A DNA stretch of 60,655 nt, taken from positions 1-60,655 of the IMG/VR virus record IMGVR_UViG_3300020442_003253; one strand, written 5' to 3'. The notes beneath the pieces are model-generated. The model saw nothing but the letters and a program-made list of their open reading frames with translations. It had not been told where the DNA came from and did not search any database. The position numbers were made by a program, and so were the translations under genes. This document shows positions 27,689 through 38,298 of this stretch, one piece after another. Numbering within the stretch: the stretch's first letter is position 1; each line of letters opens with the position of its first letter. The DNA comes from a virus. Taxonomy: Duplodnaviria > Caudoviricetes.

Positions 27689-27880
27689 TTATCTGTGATC
27701 ATCTGTGCAGTGTGTATGCCAGTATGATCCACCATGTTGATCGTCATGATCATGATGTTGCCATGCATTGCAATGTTGATCAATATGACTATGCATCCTC
27801 GTCATATGATGGTCTCTATGCGGGTTTGTACATGCCGCAGTAAGTAGTAGGACAGCGCCTACAATAAAAAATAATTTCAT
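27689..27880 (-). CDS. small His-rich lipoprotein
   Basis: MKLFFIVGAVLLLTAAC lipobox-type signal followed by a His/Asp-rich mature part; AAGG SD. Confidence 0.65.
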   Translation of the reverse strand: MKLFFIVGAVLLLTAACTNPHRDHHMTRMHSHIDQHCNAWQHHDHDDQHGGSYWHTHCTDDHR

Positions 27881-27889
27881 ATATACCTT

Positions 27890-29875
27890 TTATGCTATTC
27901 CAGCAAGCTTCAAGATATCCTGAGCTTCTGTACTATACTTATCTTTAATTCTGCCAAGTTCTTCTTGATTGGCTCCATCTCGTCCTGCTTGAGCAAGAGC
28001 TTTCATACCATCCTTACCATATTTCTTTTTACCGATATGATATTGTAAGCCGGACTCGTCTACATCATCTTCATAAGTTTTTGTAAACTGTGGATCAACT
28101 TCATGTACCTTACTACCGTACATCATTTTTAATTTATGAAAGCGTGAGTTAGGCAAAACCATTACTTCAGAATTTTCGTCTGCAACTTCTATATAACCAG
28201 CAAATCTCCTGTCATTCTGAATATCGTAATAATCTTCCATATCTGGAACCACAAAATATCTTCTATCGCTTTTTGGTTTAGGATCGATTAAATCTTCTTC
28301 AACATTTTCAGTTGCTTGTCTATTAAGAGTTTCTGCTGTTCCTTCTGCTTCATGCTGATTATATGCTTTGTGTACGACCTGCTTAGTTTTCGTATCAAAT
28401 ACTTTCCATTCTCCGTTAGCTGATTGTACAGCCTTAAAACGCATAGGAGTTTCGCTCAATATTCCATCACTGTCTGTATCATAACCGTGGTATTCACGGA
28501 ACTTTTGATTTATAGCTTCAATGAACTGTTTAGCTGGATTGATTAAACTTTCGCCATAATCCTTTTCTACTGCAGTCAAAACAGCAGTTTCTCCTTTTGG
28601 AAATTGTCCTGTTTGTCTGTCATACATGCTTAAAATAAATTCAGTAATAGGTAATTTTTTTTCTATTTTAATATCTGGTTCATCTGAATCTGGATGGGGT
28701 ATAGTATCACCTTTCTTTTTGCCGTTCATTTTAGCCTTGCGTACTGCATGGACATATGCATTGCCATCATGTATTTCACTGTCTAATGCATTTTCTATTG
28801 TTTCTTCAGCCCAATTTTCAAATTCTGTAAACATATCTTCATTTTTAACATCAGTTTCATCTTCACTTTCATCTGAAACTTCGTCTATAATATTATCAGG
28901 TGTAATTGTTTTAGCTTGTTTTTCACTAATTAATTTGTAAATGTAAGGAAAAACTTCTTGTAGTTCCTCATTAAATTGTTTAATAGTTAGCTGATCAATC
29001 CAGTTTTCTGCAACATCTTGCGGAACTTCTTGTAAGTCTTCATTACTGAAATTTTCAACCATTTCTTTATATCTATTTTCTTTTTGAATACTTTCAATCG
29101 TCTTCTTTACCGTTGCAATACGCTCGCTTACAATATCTGCATATTCAGATAATCCTTCTGCCATTACACTTGATCTACTTACATAATTTTTGAATTTCTT
29201 TAATTTACCTAGCTCTTCGCTGAGACTTACAATGTGTTTTCCGAAATCATCGTGCATTGTACCGCCTTCTGATATATGTCTAGCCATTGCTCTAGCACCA
29301 TTTAAATGCTTAATAGGATACTTAAATCTTTCACCCTCTGCATTTTCTACATAAATGTTCTCAATATATTGTGTGCGGCCACTTGCTATATTATTGTTAA
29401 CTGGTTGTGAATGCTTAATGCTTAACCTTGCAGCCCCTATATCTTGGTAACTTGTTTTGCTAGTTCCATAAAGTCGTGATTCTGTCATTGCTCCTTCTCC
29501 GGCGTTTTTTGCTAAAAATTTATAATCTCGTCTATCTAAATTACTTTTTGTTATATCTCTAACATCAAATGTCAGTAAACGTTTTTTTGAAAAATTTCTT
29601 AATTCTCTTAGAAATGCATACCAATTTTTCTTTGTTGTTGAGCTTTGATTTTCAACAAAATTTTGTGCATACATTATATTTAAACTTGTTTCATCCAACG
29701 CAATGCTTACATTTCCTAATACATTGTTGTTATCTTTAAATTCAAAATCAAAAAATCTTGCTTCTGTAGGATCATTTGTGACCATACCTTCTTGGTTTCC
29801 TAACGTCACTGAAGGAAACTTACTCCTGATTTTATTGAAAAGCTCTTCGCCTATAAAATTAATGTTCTTTTCCAT
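27890..29875 (-). CDS. large acidic hypothetical protein (probable head/internal protein)
   Basis: Start at 29875 (MEKNINF) 5 nt after GATAAATA; Glu-rich; ends ILKLAGIA; next to terminase. Confidence 0.7.
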   Translation of the reverse strand: MEKNINFIGEELFNKIRSKFPSVTLGNQEGMVTNDPTEARFFDFEFKDNNNVLGNVSIALDETSLNIMYAQNFVENQSSTTKKNWYAFLRELRNFSKKRLLTFDVRDITKSNLDRRDYKFLAKNAGEGAMTESRLYGTSKTSYQDIGAARLSIKHSQPVNNNIASGRTQYIENIYVENAEGERFKYPIKHLNGARAMARHISEGGTMHDDFGKHIVSLSEELGKLKKFKNYVSRSSVMAEGLSEYADIVSERIATVKKTIESIQKENRYKEMVENFSNEDLQEVPQDVAENWIDQLTIKQFNEELQEVFPYIYKLISEKQAKTITPDNIIDEVSDESEDETDVKNEDMFTEFENWAEETIENALDSEIHDGNAYVHAVRKAKMNGKKKGDTIPHPDSDEPDIKIEKKLPITEFILSMYDRQTGQFPKGETAVLTAVEKDYGESLINPAKQFIEAINQKFREYHGYDTDSDGILSETPMRFKAVQSANGEWKVFDTKTKQVVHKAYNQHEAEGTAETLNRQATENVEEDLIDPKPKSDRRYFVVPDMEDYYDIQNDRRFAGYIEVADENSEVMVLPNSRFHKLKMMYGSKVHEVDPQFTKTYEDDVDESGLQYHIGKKKYGKDGMKALAQAGRDGANQEELGRIKDKYSTEAQDILKLAGIA

Positions 29876-29886
29876 AATTGTATTTA

Positions 29887-31467
29887 TCAATAATTGGTAC
29901 TTACAAAGATAGGCATAGGTGCCTGATAATCTTCTTCTTCGTCCATACTTTTAAATGAGTTATATATTCGTGGATCCCAGTCTCGCAATACGCTGATAAT
30001 TCTTAAACATAATAACATTGCGCTTACTAGATCGTCGCTTTCTTCTAACTTTCCTCTGTATGTTGTACCTACTGCAACAAAATTTTTAAGCTCGCTTATT
30101 AGAGCTGCACTATTAATATGTAATTTATCATTTTCTATCATTACTTTTAATTTACTACAAGCTGTAAGCTTACTGCTATGTGTAGTATTAAATCCTTTGC
30201 GAAATTTTCTTACGTGACCTTTTCGCATTGGTTCACTTAAGAATAATCCCGGAATGTTTTCTTCTCCGAAATCATTTATTACTAATAATGCCGCTTCCCC
30301 AATAGCATTATTTTCTACACTCCAGTAAATTCCTGTAGGATTATTTAAACTTTTTGCAATGTAATCACAAATATCTTTTAACACCCTTATTTGCCCTGGT
30401 ATAGCAGTTGTGTTATGTCGCCATTCTCCTATCTGTCGGTAAGTCGGCAATTCAATAACTTGTATAGCAGCAAAGTCTCCTCCTGTCCCCATGCTAGGAT
30501 CTAAACCTACTACATATGTTGCATCTGGTTTTATTTTTTCATACCATCTAGTTTGCCCCATGTTTACTATAACATTCTTAGATTGCATATTCGCAAGAGT
30601 AATACTGTTTATCAATGTTTCGTCATAGACTAAAAATTCGCAGCCATATTCCCTCCGGAATCTTTCTTCTCCAATACGACCCATTTCAGCTTCGCGCCAC
30701 TCCTCATCTCGATCAGGATGTTCATCCCAATGCACTGTAAAGCTATGGAATCCGTTTATGCCTAATTCTTGTTCGTTGCCATGATCGTCAAATTTTTGCT
30801 CAGCTTGTTTCCAGATCGTTGCAAATGTATCTTCATCTGAATTAGGTGTACTTGTAATAATTGCTCTACCACCTGTTGCTAATGTAGGAGAAATAGATGT
30901 CCAAAATTCTTCTGCTATATTTGGTGCAACAAAAGCAAACTCATCGCAGTATAATAATGATATACTCATACCTCTACCAGTATTATCAGTAGTTGTAGCA
31001 CTTACAATACGGCTTCCATTTTCAAATTCTATACTACCTTTATTGTAACTTGTAACTCCGGCACGTATATAATCAGGGCAGCATTCATAGACATACCTCA
31101 CTCTTTGCATAATTTCTTGTGCGCCTGTATACTTATGAGCAGCAATAAGGATTGTTTGATCAGGATTAAACATTGCAAACCATGTTAGATATATGGCTGC
31201 ACAAGTTGTTTTTCCTGTTTGTCTTGGTAGCATGTTGATATTAAATCTATGATTATGATATGTATTAAATAATCTTACCTGATAATCATAAGGATCAAAT
31301 TGCAACTTTCCTTTGACAGGATGTTGTATAAATGCAAAGTTTTTTGAAAAGTAAAGATATCCGTCTTGAGGATCCATACATTTCATAAGATCCTCAATTT
31401 GTTCGTTGGTGTAAGTTTCTGTTTGATTTGCTTTTTTAGTAATTACACCGTCAAGCGATTTACTCAT
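29887..31467 (-). CDS. gp17: terminase large subunit (T4 gp17)
   Basis: YDYQ, PRQTGKT, TGRGMS, LLYCDEFAF, ITSTPN, GLDP, VENN, DDLV. Confidence 0.95.
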   Translation of the reverse strand: MSKSLDGVITKKANQTETYTNEQIEDLMKCMDPQDGYLYFSKNFAFIQHPVKGKLQFDPYDYQVRLFNTYHNHRFNINMLPRQTGKTTCAAIYLTWFAMFNPDQTILIAAHKYTGAQEIMQRVRYVYECCPDYIRAGVTSYNKGSIEFENGSRIVSATTTDNTGRGMSISLLYCDEFAFVAPNIAEEFWTSISPTLATGGRAIITSTPNSDEDTFATIWKQAEQKFDDHGNEQELGINGFHSFTVHWDEHPDRDEEWREAEMGRIGEERFRREYGCEFLVYDETLINSITLANMQSKNVIVNMGQTRWYEKIKPDATYVVGLDPSMGTGGDFAAIQVIELPTYRQIGEWRHNTTAIPGQIRVLKDICDYIAKSLNNPTGIYWSVENNAIGEAALLVINDFGEENIPGLFLSEPMRKGHVRKFRKGFNTTHSSKLTACSKLKVMIENDKLHINSAALISELKNFVAVGTTYRGKLEESDDLVSAMLLCLRIISVLRDWDPRIYNSFKSMDEEEDYQAPMPIFVSTNY

Positions 31468-31480
31468 AATTGATTATTTG

Positions 31481-33499
31481 TTATAAACCTGCTAAAGTTT
31501 GTAAATCATTTACTTCAGTTGTAGTAACAATTTTCTTTTTTTGATTTATTCCTGCAAGAGATTTCATTTCCTCTACTTGTTTATCATCTACATTTTGATC
31601 ATCGAATAAACCGCCAAGGAATCCTTTTTTCTTAGGAAATTCTCCACCATTCGCTTGTCTAATTTTATCAAGTAAAGCATCTGCTGCTTTGTCAGCATAT
31701 GGCATACAATAGTTGGTTGTTTCTAACAATTTTTGTACCATAAATGCAGCATATTGCCAAGGACGTTCTTTGTCTTGAAAACCTATTTCTAATTTTTTTT
31801 GCAATTTTTGTGCTGATTCTCGTGTATATCCTTCTCCCGGAGGACAAGGCAATCCTTTCATACTTGGTGGTTTTTCTGTAGACATATTACTTCCATCACT
31901 GCTAGCTGGATTTTTTGGAATGTCTAATTCTTTTAAATACTTTTCTTCTAAAGATTTTCTGAGTTTACTAATATATGTTTCTGTAGTTACAGATGGATCT
32001 TTTACTTTAATAGCAGCAATATCTTTTTTTCTGTTTATTCCGCCTGACAAATCGTTTAACATATACGAATCATCTTGATATTCCTCATCTGGTGAATTAA
32101 CCCATTCTTCTTCAACAGATTCTCCGCACGATGATCCATCTGCATGCATAGCACCGCATCCACATGGGCTAGGCTTTGGCTGGAACATTCCCATAGATGC
32201 TACAGGTTTTGCATCTTCCATTCCAGCATTTCTTAAAAGTGCCATAAGCTCTGCAACTTCCTGACTTGTGTTGCCTGTCATAGACACATTCATACTTGCT
32301 TCATTTATCATTTTAATTTCCTTATTTTTAAAGTCTTTATTTGAGGTCATTGTTTGCGAATAACTATCAAATGAATCTTTAGATTTTTTTGTAGGTTTCA
32401 TTGTGTTAGAATAACTATCAAATGAACTCTTTCCAAATTTTGATCCTGCTTTGGCTGCATTTGTTGGTGTTGGTTTTTTATCCGGTGTTGGTTTTTTATT
32501 TTGTTTTGCAGGAGCATTTGTTTTTCCTGTTAGCAACGGTGTACCATTTTTTGTCAGCCATGTTGATAACAATTTATATTTGTCTCCGAATCTAGCATCA
32601 ATAATTAATTTAGGAGGAATTTTAGGTTTAGGATTTACACCGTCAGGTGCATACCTTATGTTGATACCTCCGTCTATAGGAGATCTGTCAATCACATATG
32701 GAAAAACTTTCTTATTGTTTACGGTCTTAGGTCTGCTTAAACGTAGTAACCATTTGATTGCAGGATCAGATCCATCTAAAGGTATACTTACATATTGAGC
32801 ATTACTTTTTCCTGCTGTACTGGTTTTATCAGTATTTGACTTAGTTCCTAATTTATCACTTGCTGGGTTTTCCGGCGATACAGCAAGAGGTTTCCCGTCA
32901 CCTGGTTTTTTTAATTTCATGTTATTATTAAATGGATGACCAGGAACACCTTTTTGAAGTAGTTGACTAGGTTCTTTATCATAAGTATATTTTTTTTCAG
33001 GCGGCTCTTTTAATTCAGCACTTGGAGGATTTGGGTCTAGCTCGTCTTTTTTACTTTTGTCAACGCCAAATTCATCTGCTAAATCGTCTGGTAGTAATCC
33101 ACCATCGTATTGTAATTGCGCTATATCTCTGTGTTTCTTTGGATCAAAATCCTGCGTAACATGCTGGCCCTGTGGCATCAGTTCTGGATTGTTTTTTGAT
33201 TTTTGGGTTTTCTGAGTTGCTACAAAAGATACTTGTCGATTTTGAAACGTTCCCGGTTCTAAGTGAATCAGTCCTCTAATTCCACCTAGTTCTTTTGCAA
33301 GCATTCCGTAAAATTGATTTAGTTTAGACGAGTCAGTGTAAAATTTCCAATCTACACTCACATCTTTGGCTTGCTCAATAGCATTCCTTAAATTATCAAG
33401 TGTAGGCTTTTTTTTAAAATTGCTTATTATTTTTGAAAATATTCCGTAATTTACTTCATCTTTTTCTAATAATAAAAAAATTTCCTTAACGCTTTGCAT
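31481..33499 (-). CDS. hypothetical low-complexity protein (probable internal head protein)
   Basis: 672 aa, Lys/Pro-rich, short internal repeats, two LAG[IL] motifs at the C-terminus. Confidence 0.7.
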   Translation of the reverse strand: MQSVKEIFLLLEKDEVNYGIFSKIISNFKKKPTLDNLRNAIEQAKDVSVDWKFYTDSSKLNQFYGMLAKELGGIRGLIHLEPGTFQNRQVSFVATQKTQKSKNNPELMPQGQHVTQDFDPKKHRDIAQLQYDGGLLPDDLADEFGVDKSKKDELDPNPPSAELKEPPEKKYTYDKEPSQLLQKGVPGHPFNNNMKLKKPGDGKPLAVSPENPASDKLGTKSNTDKTSTAGKSNAQYVSIPLDGSDPAIKWLLRLSRPKTVNNKKVFPYVIDRSPIDGGINIRYAPDGVNPKPKIPPKLIIDARFGDKYKLLSTWLTKNGTPLLTGKTNAPAKQNKKPTPDKKPTPTNAAKAGSKFGKSSFDSYSNTMKPTKKSKDSFDSYSQTMTSNKDFKNKEIKMINEASMNVSMTGNTSQEVAELMALLRNAGMEDAKPVASMGMFQPKPSPCGCGAMHADGSSCGESVEEEWVNSPDEEYQDDSYMLNDLSGGINRKKDIAAIKVKDPSVTTETYISKLRKSLEEKYLKELDIPKNPASSDGSNMSTEKPPSMKGLPCPPGEGYTRESAQKLQKKLEIGFQDKERPWQYAAFMVQKLLETTNYCMPYADKAADALLDKIRQANGGEFPKKKGFLGGLFDDQNVDDKQVEEMKSLAGINQKKKIVTTTEVNDLQTLAGL

Positions 33500-34008
33500 T
33501 ACTTTTCTTTCGTTATGCCCTTCGTAGGATCAAACTCATTTTCTTTTTTTGCTGTTTCTAATTCTTTTAATAAATCCATCACCCTATTTTGACCTACCTT
33601 GTCTTGAGCAGATTCGCTTTCTAATTCTTCTTTTGTTAAAAGAGTTTGATATTCTGTATTAGGTTTTTCTTCTTGATATTTTTCAGTTTCGTCATTTTCT
33701 CCACGTACCTTAAGATGACTAGCAGGATAGTCTGTATTAAGAGTTAAATAACTTTCAAGTACATGACTTGTTGTTGGATAACTTACTTCTGCATCAAAAG
33801 TTGTTACTTCGCAATTTGTTAGCTGTGGAAAGTCCAAAGGTCTTTCTGTAATAGGTGTTGTTTTACCTTTAGAAAAACTAACAACTTCGTATTTGTTAAG
33901 TGCAGTTTCTAATTTATCTACAAATCCTTCTGGTAATTCGCCAGCTGCACGAATTTTAAATTTATAAGTTTTTTTTGATTCTGTTAAAAGTTCTTTGAGT
34001 GATTTCAT
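33499..34008 (-). CDS. hypothetical protein (head module)
   Basis: MKSLKELLTES N-terminus resembles T4-type propeptides cut after Glu. Confidence 0.75.
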   Translation of the reverse strand: MKSLKELLTESKKTYKFKIRAAGELPEGFVDKLETALNKYEVVSFSKGKTTPITERPLDFPQLTNCEVTTFDAEVSYPTTSHVLESYLTLNTDYPASHLKVRGENDETEKYQEEKPNTEYQTLLTKEELESESAQDKVGQNRVMDLLKELETAKKENEFDPTKGITKEK

Positions 34009-34028
34009 TGCAATAATCCTAGTTTTAT

Positions 34029-34517
34029 CTATTTATCCATATTTTTTAGTTTTTCTAATAGACTGTTACGATCTGTAACTAGATACCCTTCGCCTTGTAC
34101 AACATTATTCTCTGTTGTAGATTCTTTATCTAACTTTTCTTTTTTTAATTGGAGTTCTACCATCTTTAGTTTTTTATCTAGTTTTGCAACTTTACTATCT
34201 AGATTTGTTTTTAACATTTGTCCTGCTACTTCAAAGATCCTACCACTATATCTAGCCTCTACGTTCATCCCTAAATCCATTAAATCTTCATAAGCTGCCA
34301 TAGATTTTTCAGATACTTCGTCGAGCTCAATGTCACCCATATCACCAAGTCCATTTACTTTGGGCAAGGCTGCAGCAATTTTGTCAAATTCTTCTATCTG
34401 TTCTAAAGTATGAGATTGGACAGGTATACTTTTTTGTTTCTTGTTTTTTTTACTATCTTCGTCAATAATTTCTTTTGATTCTGGCAGGTTTAGTAACTCT
34501 TCTAATTTTTTTGTCAT
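34029..34517 (-). CDS. gp16: terminase small subunit-like (T4 gp16)
   Basis: RIFEVAGQMLK matches the gp16-family R.xEVAGQL.K helix; coiled coil and C-terminal beta strand. Confidence 0.6.
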   Translation of the reverse strand: MTKKLEELLNLPESKEIIDEDSKKNKKQKSIPVQSHTLEQIEEFDKIAAALPKVNGLGDMGDIELDEVSEKSMAAYEDLMDLGMNVEARYSGRIFEVAGQMLKTNLDSKVAKLDKKLKMVELQLKKEKLDKESTTENNVVQGEGYLVTDRNSLLEKLKNMDK

Positions 34518-34547
34518 GGTAAATACTCTAATAAATACTATTTATTT

Positions 34548-34985
34548 TTACCGCTTTTTACCATAGTGAAAAATGTCATTTTCAGTAATAACTCTAAAAA
34601 GAATACCTTGAGGTTTGCACCACGCTTTAGCCGCATTCCATTTTGCTTGATTTAAAGCGTAATGTGCTTGATTGTTACGACTCCTACCAATTTTTTCTTG
34701 TATTGCTTGATTTGCGGGTTTAACCTCAATTAATTCTGTTCTTATTTTACCTGTTTTATCACTAAACTGTATTAGGAAATCTGGTACGTAGATTGTCTTT
34801 TTGCCTGTTAAAGGATTTATATATGGTATTTTAATCCCTTCAGAAACCCATTGGGTTATACTAGGATGTTCGTCACAAAAACGCATCATAGTAAATTCCC
34901 AACTGCTTCTATATAACGGCGTGCTTCCACCTATGTATTTTTCAGGATTTTTGCAGCGAAATCTGCCTTGAGCAAAACGTGCCAT
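34548..34985 (-). CDS. gp4: head completion nuclease (T4 gp4, TnsA-like PD-(D/E)xK)
   Basis: NPEKYIG, YRSSWE, IPY, YVPDF, IEVKP, NQAKW.AA. Confidence 0.88.
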   Translation of the reverse strand: MARFAQGRFRCKNPEKYIGGSTPLYRSSWEFTMMRFCDEHPSITQWVSEGIKIPYINPLTGKKTIYVPDFLIQFSDKTGKIRTELIEVKPANQAIQEKIGRSRNNQAHYALNQAKWNAAKAWCKPQGILFRVITENDIFHYGKKR

Positions 34986-34986
34986 C

Positions 34987-37900
34987 TTAAGTTACAGTAA
35001 TTGGACCATTCATTCCTGAATGATTAACACAATTATAATGGAATGAGCCACTGTTGGGAATAGTCCAATCAATATTACCACTGTAGGCACCATTATTCAC
35101 TACACCGCCTGCTTGGTTTCCTGTTCCTGTGCTATTCATAGTTTTAACATACATTGAATGTATTGAGGATACATTCATAGCAAACCTTACCTTGTCACCG
35201 CTAGCAAAAGTCAATGAAGGATCTGTGCCGCTTACACTTCCGTTTGCGTCTGTTCCTGACATAGTATAGTTATTACTATCTAGAGCTGTAACATTAATTG
35301 TGTAATCAGGTGTAAATGTCGGGGTCTGACTAGTGTCATTAATAGTAATATTTTGTGTTTGAGCTACAATTGTACCACTTGTGCTTCCTGTCCTGACCTG
35401 CGCTTGGAAAGTTTCTGCAACTGCTTCTGTTGTTGCATCTGCATCTGGTTGCACAGAAAAAGAGCCTGTATTTGAAGTAATTGTAAAACTTCCACTTGAA
35501 GTAGTAAAATCGCCTGCATTTGTCACTGTCCAATATAAGGTAGTTGCATCATCTACATTTGTTGTAGTGACATTCATTAACAATGTTGTTCCTTCATCAA
35601 CATCAGTTGCATTATTTTGAGGAACAACTGAGTATGTAGGATCAGCAGTAAGGCTTGTATCATTAATAGTTATTGATGATGATGTTACAACAATTGTACC
35701 TCCTACACTTCCAGTCCTAATTTGTGCTTCAAATGTTTCTGCACCTTCTGTAGTTGTATCTGCTGTAGGTACCACACTGAATGATCCTGCATTTGCTGTA
35801 ATTGTAAAACTACCTGACGAAGTTGCAAAATCTCCTGCATTAGTTAGGGTATAATACAAAGTAGTTGCATCGGCGACATTTGTTGTAGTAACATTAAAAG
35901 TCAACGAACTACCTTCATCTATACTTGTTACGTTGCCAGCGGTAGCTATATTATACGATGGACCTGGAGTTTGACTTGTATCATTTATAGTAATAGCGTT
36001 AGATGTAGCAACAACAGTACCTGATACACTTCCAGTCCTTACACTTACGGTAAAGGTTTCTGCGCCTTCTGTAGTCGCATCTGATGTAGGAGTGATATCA
36101 ATCGTTCCTGCATTACTTGTGATGTTAAAAGAACCTGTTGAAGTAGCAAAATCACCAGCATTACTAACACTCCAGTACAAAGTCGTACCGTCAGTTACAT
36201 TACTTGTTGCAACATCAAATGTCAGAGTGCTACCTTCATTTACACTTGTAGCTCCACCTTGGGCTGTTACAGAATATGTTGGAGTATTACTTGCTGAAAC
36301 AACAATATCGCCTGTCATACTATTATGGGTTGTGCAATAATAATAATATGTGCCTGCAGATTGTGGATTAAATTGCACACCGCCATTTTCGGTTAATAGA
36401 CAATTTGCTGATATTGGCCCAGCACTTGTTGCAGATATAATGATAGGATGTGTAGCATAATAAGGATTAACCATGCTTAACACATCATTCACAACCATAT
36501 TAATTGTATAATTTTGTTGTCCAGTAAAATAACCGTTTGTGTCTTGACCTGTAAGAGTTATGTAACTGTTTGCTGAGTCTGCCTTGTGTACATATACCCT
36601 ATGCCAATCACCTATTTCTAATTTTTTTGTTCTTGTTTGCAGCTTTACCCTAGGAAAAACCAGTCCTGATTCTTCTCTTTTATTATTTAATACTGAAAGC
36701 GATGTGCCTGATGTTGTTCTTTGCTGTACATGATACAAGTATCTATTTGCTTCTCCACTTTCATTGACTAGGTCATAATATCCGTCAAGATCTAATCCTC
36801 CGTCATACATTTGATTTTTCTTAGATCCCGGTCCATGGAACCAATCTCGTACTTCTTCATGAGTCATATTTTGTTGAGTTTCTAACAAGCAAGCTATTAC
36901 ACCTGACATTTGCGGACTTGACATACTTGTACCTTGATATTTTCCTACCACAAAATTACTATTCCTTGGATCAGCATATTTTGTTGTATTAGTATCGTCT
37001 CCAGTTTGGTGTAAACTTGATGCAATAGCCATACCTGGTGCATAGCAATCTATAGCAGATCCTTTTGCACTAAACCAAGCTTTTCTATCATTACCATAAT
37101 AATCAGCAGCTCCGGATATGATCGCTCCGCCCATTCTCTTACTATCGCCTCTACAATAGAAGTAATCAGTACCGCCACTTGTTGTAAGCTTATTATTATA
37201 ATCAGCTTCAGATGGAAGTGCATAAATTTGGTTAGCATTCCCGCCAGACCCTATCATTATAACTCCGGCTGCCAACATATCTTGAATATCTGTTATTTCG
37301 CTGTTTAGTATCTCGGGAGTCTTTATTAATGTCCCGTCTATTTCGCCATTAAGACCGTAACTCCGTAATTGAGCAGTAGTTAATGAAGATGCATCGTTAG
37401 TTACAACTGTTCCCCGAAATGTAATAGATGCATTTGTCATATTTCTCCACCACTGGCTACCATAACTGGCATTTATTAAAGTAGGATTTTTCCTTCCAGT
37501 AACTGGATTGATTGGTTTTGTTTCATGAAATTCTTGGATAAAATTATACTTATACTGATAAAATGTAGAAGTGTTTATTCCGCCTGAATAGGGGCTTATG
37601 TTGTAAATAGTTGCACTCCTTGCCCAACCTTGTGTGTTTCCTGCAACAGTTCCTGCAACATGCATTCCATGATCTGCTCCGTAAATCGTACTGTTTGTAT
37701 CGCCATATAAATAATGGCTAATTCTAGGAACAGCTGAGCTGACAGCATTTCCAAATATATTCCATGAAAAAACATCCCAGTCAAGTTTTACAAATCTTAT
37801 GTTACCTGTTCCATCTGCATTTACTGTAAATTCAGGATGATTTGGATTTATCAATCCGTCTACTACAATAACATCAACATGTTCGCCTGACAATGTACTG

Positions 37901-38292
37901 GTTATTTCTCCAGTCCTATTAGAGTATGATGTACCCCACGATCCATCTTGTGTTCCTTCTATAACTCTCAGCAAACCCCAATTTTTGTGTTCGCTTGCCA
38001 TTGTATTAGAACGCCACCAATAATCACTATCTTGGATCCAGCCTTCAGGTTCTACTTCTATCCGTTTTTTGTGTTCTTCTACTGATATTATATCTAATAC
38101 ACGAGGATCATTCCTTATCAGCGCAACTTCATTTTCTTCTAAAATGTAGTTAGTATTTCTATTTCTAGGCCTACGCATAGCAACATCTACATTCCTATCA
38201 GGTATGTATAAATTACCGCCAGGTGTTTCCATGTCATCATAAAAATCATCTAGATCTTCAAAAGAATGTAGGGTAATAATGTATTCTTGCAT
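34987..38292 (-). CDS. subtilisin-like S8 protease with Calx-beta/Ig-like repeats and two cupredoxin-like domains
   Basis: Triad VIVVDG / HGMHVAGT / GTSMSSP; three repeats of about 106 aa (V.EG...D.TTE..ETF); YCTTHNSM and YNCVNHSGM. Confidence 0.85.
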   Translation of the reverse strand: MQEYIITLHSFEDLDDFYDDMETPGGNLYIPDRNVDVAMRRPRNRNTNYILEENEVALIRNDPRVLDIISVEEHKKRIEVEPEGWIQDSDYWWRSNTMASEHKNWGLLRVIEGTQDGSWGTSYSNRTGEITSTLSGEHVDVIVVDGLINPNHPEFTVNADGTGNIRFVKLDWDVFSWNIFGNAVSSAVPRISHYLYGDTNSTIYGADHGMHVAGTVAGNTQGWARSATIYNISPYSGGINTSTFYQYKYNFIQEFHETKPINPVTGRKNPTLINASYGSQWWRNMTNASITFRGTVVTNDASSLTTAQLRSYGLNGEIDGTLIKTPEILNSEITDIQDMLAAGVIMIGSGGNANQIYALPSEADYNNKLTTSGGTDYFYCRGDSKRMGGAIISGAADYYGNDRKAWFSAKGSAIDCYAPGMAIASSLHQTGDDTNTTKYADPRNSNFVVGKYQGTSMSSPQMSGVIACLLETQQNMTHEEVRDWFHGPGSKKNQMYDGGLDLDGYYDLVNESGEANRYLYHVQQRTTSGTSLSVLNNKREESGLVFPRVKLQTRTKKLEIGDWHRVYVHKADSANSYITLTGQDTNGYFTGQQNYTINMVVNDVLSMVNPYYATHPIIISATSAGPISANCLLTENGGVQFNPQSAGTYYYYCTTHNSMTGDIVVSASNTPTYSVTAQGGATSVNEGSTLTFDVATSNVTDGTTLYWSVSNAGDFATSTGSFNITSNAGTIDITPTSDATTEGAETFTVSVRTGSVSGTVVATSNAITINDTSQTPGPSYNIATAGNVTSIDEGSSLTFNVTTTNVADATTLYYTLTNAGDFATSSGSFTITANAGSFSVVPTADTTTEGAETFEAQIRTGSVGGTIVVTSSSITINDTSLTADPTYSVVPQNNATDVDEGTTLLMNVTTTNVDDATTLYWTVTNAGDFTTSSGSFTITSNTGSFSVQPDADATTEAVAETFQAQVRTGSTSGTIVAQTQNITINDTSQTPTFTPDYTINVTALDSNNYTMSGTDANGSVSGTDPSLTFASGDKVRFAMNVSSIHSMYVKTMNSTGTGNQAGGVVNNGAYSGNIDWTIPNSGSFHYNCVNHSGMNGPITVT

Positions 38293-38298
38293 TAAGAA

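Noticed and set aside
35330-36300. Repeats as CRISPR array or DGR template/variable pair
   Set aside because: They are in-frame diverged protein-domain repeats; no spacers, no evident adenine-specific pattern and no reverse transcriptase in the window.
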